DNA of 63,126 nucleotides from an uncultured Muribaculaceae bacterium (lineage in GTDB: Bacteria > Bacillota_I > Bacilli_A > RF39 > UBA660), in contig CAZTRF010000001.1 of the NCBI GenBank assembly GCA_964616495.1, positions 3,759 to 66,884 of the forward strand. The letters run 5' to 3'. Position 1 is the first letter of the stretch, and each line of letters opens with the position of its first letter. Below, piece after piece: positions 41,201-47,146 of this stretch. Made by a program: the position numbers and the translations under genes. Below the pieces are notes generated by a model. That model was given only the letters and a program-made list of their open reading frames with translations, searched no databases and was not told where the DNA came from.

Positions 41201-42875
41201 TAAGTTTGATAAATACTATAATGATATTTATGTTACTGTAGATGGGGATACTCTTTATACAAATATTATTGATGAGTTAAATGATATCGATACAGTCATA
41301 CTTCCTAGCTCAGCAATTGCTAATACGTATGGTTCATATAATCAGATTTTTGATACAGTACTTTTAAGAAAAGTCGATAAATATGATTTATTTAATACCC
41401 ATACTACAATATGCAATAATGTAAATAGTACTTGTACTTTATCACTTAACTATGAATTAAATGGTCAAGAAGAAGAATTTTCAAAAACATATGCTTTTTT
41501 AATACAAGGTTTAACTATAGAAAACAATGACATTGAATTAGCAACTGGAGAGTCATATACATTAGAATATACTTCAATTCCTAATACTGACCCAGTGACT
41601 ATAACCTCTTTAACACCAGAAACTTGTAGTATTGTTGATGATGAGGTATTGGCTTTACAACGAGGAGGATGTTACGTAAAAATTAAAAATAGCACTGATT
41701 TTGATGTTTTAAAAGTAGCCATTGATAAAGATGATATTATTGCCGAATATCAAGATTTACTTGACTCGCTTCCTAATGAAATAACTTTAAAAATAGAAGA
41801 GTATAATGGTGATATAGGTATGGAAGATTATAGTTATATGGCTGCATATTCAATGCTCTTTAAATTAGCTATTGTTGATTTATTAGACTTAAACGAAAGT
41901 GAAATCACCAATTTTTATCCAAGCTTTTTTGATTTAAATGAAGATGATGGAACAATGCCAGTTTCTTTATATCCTAATTTATCATACCATGATGAAATTA
42001 GTGGTGAATATTATGGAGTTAATATTAGTCCAGTTGAAAAAGCGGAACCAATAAAAATATTATACGATAATGATTTTATTGCTGATCAAGAAGAGGTTGA
42101 TGCTATAGTTGCCACTTTGCCTAAAGAATATCGTCTAAGTATTGATCAAATAATTAAATATCGTCTATTGGGTGGACAGATGATTGATTATACAGACTTT
42201 TCTAATATCTTAGATGCTTATCCCGATTATGAATTACAATATGATATGGCCGGAGCTGGTGGAAGTATGGCTATGGTAGGGCAAAATTATGCTTATACTG
42301 TTTTAAAAGATGGATATGTAGTGGCTTTTGGAAGTGTTGATGTTTATATGTATTTTGAAGATGAAAACACCACGGTTATGACACAAGAAGAATACATTGA
42401 ATATTTAAAAGGCCTTGTTACTGATGAATATATTTCTGTTCAAAATGAAATATCAAATTTAACAACTTTAGCTGTTAGAATGGATATTAGCGAGCCAACT
42501 GAATTATTAGAAGATTCAATATATGGCTTAGGAGATACAACCCCGGAAGTTACTGTTACTTATATTAGAAACAGTGCTGACCCAACAGTTGATACTTACG
42601 ATATTCGAGTTGAAGATATTGCCTTTAGATTAACGGTTGGTAAAAAAATAGCTCAAGGAGCAACTTATGATGCTAGTTATCTAATAGGAGATTTAACTGG
42701 AGATAATGTTATTTCAACAACCGACTTGGTCAAACTAAGAAGACATTTAGCGGGAATTGAATCAGTTACTGGTAATAAACTAAAAGCCGCTGATATTAAT
42801 CGTGATAATAATGTTACAACAACTGACTTGGTCAAACTAAGAAGACACTTAGCGGGAATTGAATCAATAGCTTAA
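38229..42875 (+). CDS. 1548-aa secreted multi-domain protein with Big_2 Ig-like domains and a C-terminal type-I-like dockerin
   Basis: It has an N-terminal signal/anchor. Big_2-like segments include VEFVSADPTIISVNNTTRTITALKKGYTTIY and FVSSDNNIFTVDNKGYVKGVSLGNGYVYV. The C-terminus GDLTGDNVISTTDLVKLRRHLAGIE...ADINRDNNVTTTDLVKLRRHLAGIE forms the two Ca-binding F-hand repeats of a dockerin. Confidence 0.7.
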   Translation: MKKTFKKLISLISIILMLFPELFPFVGIMKVDAALYEGPTVIENIDLNFTDHQSQDITLGEGETFSSCSSESPRIASTTISADNKVCTITALSYGISSVYLNIYAGGSYEKTIFVNVDNNTFLNSFLDSIPNEMTMTYPEYQKYIQNYSLNSNNPNDVNVYFEENSFENGTFITTAEVTDKNYYYFNNDGQVHYYENEDDATISKEVRFNIIGTMLYGDLVHASLSYLSKIDFVTNTEVNYDNLIFVSSDNNIFTVDNKGYVKGVSLGNGYVYVYDKESDVYYKLEVNVQAGFNNNPDFSAITSYFNNQTFDVNISTSTIAKKAIKYTEGGTYTIDPASYFTALYNEHFTPIYGSNMPYFNSLSCTNNVCSGSGSYYYGSSGSIDITNATFNFNGIKLLETYLIADPSSSFDLNIIKLGASADSEISFTYDSDYLTENANGTFSALKTGVTEVTASDGTYQSTAKMFISPTYTDIAPITNYFNNLSSITLTYPVTVFNDLNFLSKAVKNYLTENTPESNGYKNLYEYDVKCINTNMCQIKKNEYYDAEHLYPSGFYLSSFNSKIIRINYSLAEATELTAAVNELNNIDSKINIAFEDIEKAYYSCDASDTCFNEKIIEAAELQFNSSMLSLSDFVTIEQIPDIYYTMEGKVQLSLYGEVLYSKPVVITYNKIHTLSHLLERTEEYKINNYKEKIVDMSTTLNNYSLTTNDITITLVRDKIYNIAYHNDNEHEITYNFMIDQKEKVKITGLSFGSNFPGKNMEIGDEEVLYYSVYPENANYGTVEFVSADPTIISVNNTTRTITALKKGYTTIYPKINGKVQKHSGYLSCVDTTYEDILNDMLEANGPSNVTITYYDLLNFDLISAITNEVSNQINNNLNRPLSSTVEVEEIGTTGTYKYRLVYSEYIYGSSESSFSYSQYKNITYDKKGISTTDNEYKIDINEIVDTKLSFSEADNINLNIRIEDPSIVSYSNSGILKGLKTGKTYISIYDKFDKYYNDIYVTVDGDTLYTNIIDELNDIDTVILPSSAIANTYGSYNQIFDTVLLRKVDKYDLFNTHTTICNNVNSTCTLSLNYELNGQEEEFSKTYAFLIQGLTIENNDIELATGESYTLEYTSIPNTDPVTITSLTPETCSIVDDEVLALQRGGCYVKIKNSTDFDVLKVAIDKDDIIAEYQDLLDSLPNEITLKIEEYNGDIGMEDYSYMAAYSMLFKLAIVDLLDLNESEITNFYPSFFDLNEDDGTMPVSLYPNLSYHDEISGEYYGVNISPVEKAEPIKILYDNDFIADQEEVDAIVATLPKEYRLSIDQIIKYRLLGGQMIDYTDFSNILDAYPDYELQYDMAGAGGSMAMVGQNYAYTVLKDGYVVAFGSVDVYMYFEDENTTVMTQEEYIEYLKGLVTDEYISVQNEISNLTTLAVRMDISEPTELLEDSIYGLGDTTPEVTVTYIRNSADPTVDTYDIRVEDIAFRLTVGKKIAQGATYDASYLIGDLTGDNVISTTDLVKLRRHLAGIESVTGNKLKAADINRDNNVTTTDLVKLRRHLAGIESIA
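42687..42872 (+). other. Dockerin module (two F-hand repeats)
   Basis: See above. The two repeats share a block of about 50 nt that is nearly identical at nucleotide level (about 42718-42768 and 42823-42873). Confidence 0.7.
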
Positions 42876-42902
42876 AAGAGTGGGGAAGCCCATTCTTTTT
42901 TA
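42876..42902 (+). terminator. Rho-independent terminator
   Basis: AAGAGTGGG/CCCATTCTT stem (one G-U pair), loop GAAG, followed by T6. Confidence 0.75.
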
Positions 42903-42926
42903 ATGTAAATAATTAAGTAATATTTA

Positions 42927-42955
42927 TAGACAAAACGCCCATTAAAGCCTATAAT
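42927..42955 (+). promoter_or_regulatory. Promoter of the hydrolase-queA-amidoligase-ATP-grasp operon
   Basis: TAGACA (42927-42932), 17-nt spacer, TATAAT (42950-42955). Confidence 0.55.
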
Positions 42956-42980
42956 ACACTTACGAGAGGAGAAGAGTATT

Positions 42981-43667
42981 ATGGTTTCAAAAGAACATCT
43001 AAAAGAATTAGAAAGTACTTTTAGTCAAAATGAAAAACATGGTAATCTTTTAGTACCTAGTCATAATTTTACTAAAGGGCTTGGAAATATTATATTGACT
43101 GCTCCCCATACCGTTATTACAAGCAAAATTAAAAATGGAATTGAAACTATAAAAGAAAATGAATCTTATACTGGGGCTATTACTTTAATGTGTGGTGAAA
43201 TTGCTGGATGTCATACCATGACCCGTAACAATTATAATGATGTTACTGCTATCACTAATTTTTATAATGAATATTTACAAGATTATATTTCTTCTTATGG
43301 AATAGTTGGTCATTTAGATATTCATGGTGCTGCCAGGACTAATCCTTATGATGTATCAATAGGTACTAATCATCTTGAACATATTTTTTACGATCAACAG
43401 GTTTACGAAATTGTTAATGATGGATTTAATGATTATGGAATTAATAATGTGGTTTGGAATTCTAAATTTCAAGCCTCTACTAAAGCAACTTTATGTCGTC
43501 AGGTATTCTTAGGTAAAATGATTCATACTCTTCAACTAGAGATAAATAAAAATTATCGCGATTTAAATGATTTTGAGAAAATGGTAGCTCTTATTAAGGC
43601 CATTTCTGAAATAGCTATAAATTTAAATGAGCATTTATCTTCCGGTGGTTTAGGATATGGCAGATAA
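42981..43667 (+). CDS. Metal-dependent amidohydrolase-like protein (N-formylglutamate amidohydrolase / PghP poly-glutamate hydrolase-like fold, tentative)
   Basis: The conserved pattern APH...ENESYTG...HLDIHGA...GTNH...LQLEINKNYR (H, E, H, E candidate ligands) is shared with the C-terminal domain of the next gene. The family assignment is from memory only. Confidence 0.4.
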   Translation: MVSKEHLKELESTFSQNEKHGNLLVPSHNFTKGLGNIILTAPHTVITSKIKNGIETIKENESYTGAITLMCGEIAGCHTMTRNNYNDVTAITNFYNEYLQDYISSYGIVGHLDIHGAARTNPYDVSIGTNHLEHIFYDQQVYEIVNDGFNDYGINNVVWNSKFQASTKATLCRQVFLGKMIHTLQLEINKNYRDLNDFEKMVALIKAISEIAINLNEHLSSGGLGYGR

Positions 43668-45330
43668 TAGTTTATTAAATATTAATACCTATGATTATCC
43701 ATTAGACAAAAACTTGATTGCTCAAACGCCTATAAAAAATCGCGATCAATCAAAATTAATGGTTGTCAATCGTAAAAATGGTGATATTTCTCACCATATT
43801 TTTTCTGATATTATAAATTACTTAAATAAGGGCGATTGCCTAGTACTAAATGATACTAAAGTAATACCCGCCAGACTATTTGGAGTAAAAGAAGCAACAA
43901 AAGCTCATATTGAAATACTTTTATTAAAAGATAATGGTAATAACTTATGGGATTGCCTTATTAGAAATTCCAGAAGATTAAAACAAGAAGATATTATTTC
44001 TTTTGGTGAAGGATTATTAAAAGGGAAAGTCATTTCTAAGGCCTCTGATGGGGTAATAAAACTTCAATTAATATATGATGGCATTTTATATGAAATACTT
44101 GATAAACTAGGAGAAATGCCCTTACCGCCATATATTCATAAACATTTAAAAGAACAAGATCGTTATCAAACGGTATATGCTAAAAATATTGGTAGTGCTG
44201 CAGCTCCTACTGCCGGATTACATTTTACAAAAAAATTACTTGACGATATTGAAAAAAAAGGTATAATAATTTGCTACGTCACATTGCATGTTGGTTTAGG
44301 TACTTTTAGACCAGTTGAAGAAGATAATATTTTAAATCACCATATGCATAGTGAATATTATGAAATGACTTCGGATGTGGCAAAATTATTAAATGATGCT
44401 AAAGAAAGTCATCATAAAATTATTGCTGTAGGAACAACCTCTACTAGAGTATTAGAAACCGTCTATAGTAAATATAATTCCTTTAAAGAATCTTTTGGAA
44501 ATACCGATATTTTTATCTATCCGGGATATACCTTTAAAGCAATTGATTCTTTAATTACTAATTTTCATTTGCCAAAATCAACTTTAATGATGCTAGTAAG
44601 TGCTTTTAGTAGTAAAGATATTATTATGAATGCTTATAGAGAAGCTATGAATAAAAAATATCGTTTCTTTTCATTTGGTGATGCCATGCTTTTGGATATT
44701 CCTAATTATGAAAAATTGTTAGACGAGTTTAAAAATCAAAAGATTTATTTAAAAAAAGATAATTTTAAAATTTTAAAAGGAACCATTCCTATAATGATAT
44801 CAGTTCCTCATAGTAAAAAGCATTTACGAGATGGAATGGTTAAAAATAATGAACATAATACAGCTAGAATTGCTAAACTATTATATTGTTTAACTAATTG
44901 TCATTTAATCTATGCCTATAAACAGGGAGATAATGACCATAACTATGATGAAAGTTCTAATTATAAAAAAAAGTTAAAAGCCTATATAAAAGAAAATAAC
45001 ATTAAGATATTAATAGATATTCATGGTATGGCTGATTCTTATGACATCGAGTTAGGAACTAACCATTATCAAAATATTTTTAATGATAAAGATATTATAA
45101 ATAATATTAAAGATATATTTTATAAAAATAATATAAAGAATGTATTTGTCGACCGAAAATTTAAAGCTAAAAGACATAATACTATTAGCAATTACATAAA
45201 TAAAGAATGTAATATTAAAACTATTCAACTAGAAATAGGCCCTAAGTATCGTAAAATCAAATTAAGACCAAAATCATTTAATAAAATTATAATAAGTTTA
45301 GAAGAAATCATAAATAAGAATAAGGAGTGA
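43657..45330 (+). CDS. queA: S-adenosylmethionine:tRNA ribosyltransferase-isomerase QueA fused to a C-terminal amidohydrolase-like domain
   Basis: Residues 1 to about 347 are canonical QueA (LIAQTPIKNRDQSKLMVV, LVLNDTKVIPARLFG, PLPPYI, AAPTAGLHFT, GTTS.RVLE, NFHLPKSTL, RFFSFGDAMLL). Residues from about 365 to 557 repeat the pattern of 42981-43667 (VPH...NNEHNTA...LIDIHGM...GTNH...IQLEIGPKYR). Confidence 0.85.
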   Translation: MADNSLLNINTYDYPLDKNLIAQTPIKNRDQSKLMVVNRKNGDISHHIFSDIINYLNKGDCLVLNDTKVIPARLFGVKEATKAHIEILLLKDNGNNLWDCLIRNSRRLKQEDIISFGEGLLKGKVISKASDGVIKLQLIYDGILYEILDKLGEMPLPPYIHKHLKEQDRYQTVYAKNIGSAAAPTAGLHFTKKLLDDIEKKGIIICYVTLHVGLGTFRPVEEDNILNHHMHSEYYEMTSDVAKLLNDAKESHHKIIAVGTTSTRVLETVYSKYNSFKESFGNTDIFIYPGYTFKAIDSLITNFHLPKSTLMMLVSAFSSKDIIMNAYREAMNKKYRFFSFGDAMLLDIPNYEKLLDEFKNQKIYLKKDNFKILKGTIPIMISVPHSKKHLRDGMVKNNEHNTARIAKLLYCLTNCHLIYAYKQGDNDHNYDESSNYKKKLKAYIKENNIKILIDIHGMADSYDIELGTNHYQNIFNDKDIINNIKDIFYKNNIKNVFVDRKFKAKRHNTISNYINKECNIKTIQLEIGPKYRKIKLRPKSFNKIIISLEEIINKNKE

Positions 45331-45336
45331 TTTATT

Positions 45337-46194
45337 ATGGAAGAAGAAATTAATTATCGTGAAAGATTTGACACCCTTTTAAATATTCAACCCAATTATG
45401 GAATAGATCATGTTAAAAAACCAGTCAAATTTAATTATATTGGATTAGAAATTGAAATTGCAGTTATCTATGATCGTAGTCGTTATACCTTCATTAGGAC
45501 TTTAATTAAACAGGTCATTAAATTAGTTGGCAATAATGGCTATTTTACTAGTGATGGAACAATTATAGGAGATTATTCTTTTGAAATAGTAATGAAACCA
45601 ATGAGTGTTCCAAAAATAGTTAAGTTTTATCGAACCCTCAAAAAAATAATTAAATTTAGTGATGGATCCCTTGCTTTTGATAAGGAACATAATTGTGGTC
45701 TTCATATGAATTTTAATCAATATGATGTTCCTAATATTGAAGAGGCTCATAAAAGGTTATTACTATTATGTAATGAAAAACCTGAGTATTTTGATGAAAA
45801 CGTTTATAAAAGAACCATTTATAACTTTACATTTAAAGATTATGTGGAGTTCCAAAAGACCGTTGCCAACAAGTATATTGGCATTAACTATTTAAATAAG
45901 AAAATAGTTGAAATAAGAAATATAAAAGTTAGTTTATCATCTTCTAAATTAGAAGAAATAATGAAAGACTTATTATATTGTTTGTTTGAAGAAAAATTAC
46001 CATCTCATAAAGAAAAAATGAAAGTTCGTAAACTAAAACATGTCGTTAATGCAGCCTTTGCTAAAGAAAATAATAAAAGTTTAAATGAAGGATTAGATGA
46101 AGGATATATCTTAATAAAATTTGATAAAACCATTCCTAAAGTAATTGAAATTACCGACGAAGTGAAATCTGTTTTAGATGAGGTTACAAAATGA
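45337..46194 (+). CDS. Amidoligase-family (glutamine-synthetase-fold COOH-NH2 ligase, PF12224-like) protein, tentative
   Basis: YIGLEIEIAV...FTSDGTIIGDYSFEIVMKPM...CGLHMNFN matches the remembered GxExE ... DxS ... E.v..P ... GlHvH pattern of that family. Confidence 0.5.
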   Translation: MEEEINYRERFDTLLNIQPNYGIDHVKKPVKFNYIGLEIEIAVIYDRSRYTFIRTLIKQVIKLVGNNGYFTSDGTIIGDYSFEIVMKPMSVPKIVKFYRTLKKIIKFSDGSLAFDKEHNCGLHMNFNQYDVPNIEEAHKRLLLLCNEKPEYFDENVYKRTIYNFTFKDYVEFQKTVANKYIGINYLNKKIVEIRNIKVSLSSSKLEEIMKDLLYCLFEEKLPSHKEKMKVRKLKHVVNAAFAKENNKSLNEGLDEGYILIKFDKTIPKVIEITDEVKSVLDEVTK

Positions 46195-47090
46195 AAAGAA
46201 TAGATGCATGGCTATTTTTTGCTAATGTTTCATATAAGGAAAAAGAAAAAAATGGTTATATTAAAGAAATAATTAAAAAGGCTCAAAAAGAATATGATTT
46301 TAATTTAGAGGTTAAAAATGTTCAAAAGTTTCACATTGTTTCCGGTGAAAAAAACGAACTTTATTATGATGGAAAGCTAGTGAAACAATTACCTACATAT
46401 GCCATTATTAGAAGGTATGAAATTTATTTAATGAGACAATTAGAACTAATGGGAGTTCAAGTATTTAATAGTGTTTCAGCAATGATTGATGCTCGTAATA
46501 AGATGAAAGTTCATCAAATATTAGCTTCTAATCATATAAATACTCCTAAAACCGTTTACACAGTATTTAAAAGTAATTGTGATAATGTTCTATATAAAGA
46601 TATTACAAAAATATTAGGTAGTAAAAAATTTATTTTAAAATGGATATATGGTTCTCAAGGAAAACATGTTTATCTAGTACAAAATGAAGCAGCATTTAAT
46701 GAATTAGTCAAAAAATATAAAGGCAGAATTCTTTGTCAAGAATTTATTGAAGAAAGTTTTGGAATGGATATTAGAGCTTATGTCATTAATAGTAAATTTA
46801 TTGGTGCAGCCATTAGAAAAAGTAATGGTGATAACTTCAAAAGTAATCTAGCTCAAGGAGGAGAAGCTCTTCCAGTAGAATATAATGATGAAATAATTAA
46901 TATTGCTGAAAAAAGTGCTAAAGCAGTTGGACTTGATATTTGTGGCGTCGATATTTTAGTATCTAAAAAAGGTTATTATATCTGTGAAGTAAACGCTTTA
47001 CCAGGTTTCAAATCAATAAAAAAGGTATGCGACATTGATGAAAAAGATATTCTTTTAGGCCTTATCAAAAATAAAATAGATAATAAATAA
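46191..47090 (+). CDS. RimK-family ATP-grasp ligase (alpha-L-glutamate ligase-like)
   Basis: ARNKMKVHQILASNHINTPKT, ILKWIYGSQGKHVYLV, LCQEFIEESFGMDIRAYVI, FKSNLAQGGEA and GLDICGVDIL...YICEVNALPGF. The start overlaps the upstream stop (ATGA). Confidence 0.85.
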   Translation: MKRIDAWLFFANVSYKEKEKNGYIKEIIKKAQKEYDFNLEVKNVQKFHIVSGEKNELYYDGKLVKQLPTYAIIRRYEIYLMRQLELMGVQVFNSVSAMIDARNKMKVHQILASNHINTPKTVYTVFKSNCDNVLYKDITKILGSKKFILKWIYGSQGKHVYLVQNEAAFNELVKKYKGRILCQEFIEESFGMDIRAYVINSKFIGAAIRKSNGDNFKSNLAQGGEALPVEYNDEIINIAEKSAKAVGLDICGVDILVSKKGYYICEVNALPGFKSIKKVCDIDEKDILLGLIKNKIDNK

Positions 47091-47092
47091 TG

Positions 47093-47121
47093 TTGAAATA
47101 TTCTAACTCCTATCTTATAAT
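47093..47121 (+). promoter_or_regulatory. Promoter for the second glycine-rich protein gene, interleaved with the upstream terminator
   Basis: TTGAAA (47093-47098), 17-nt spacer, TATAAT (47116-47121). The -10 box sits in the loop of the 47105-47141 hairpin. Confidence 0.55.
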
Positions 47122-47145
47122 AAACCTATAGGATAGGAGTTTTTG
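47105..47145 (+). terminator. Rho-independent terminator of the queA operon
   Basis: AACTCCTATC (47105-47114) pairs with GATAGGAGTT (47132-47141), followed by TTTTG. The 3' arm contains the AGGAG RBS of the next gene. Confidence 0.65.
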
Positions 47146-47146
47146 T

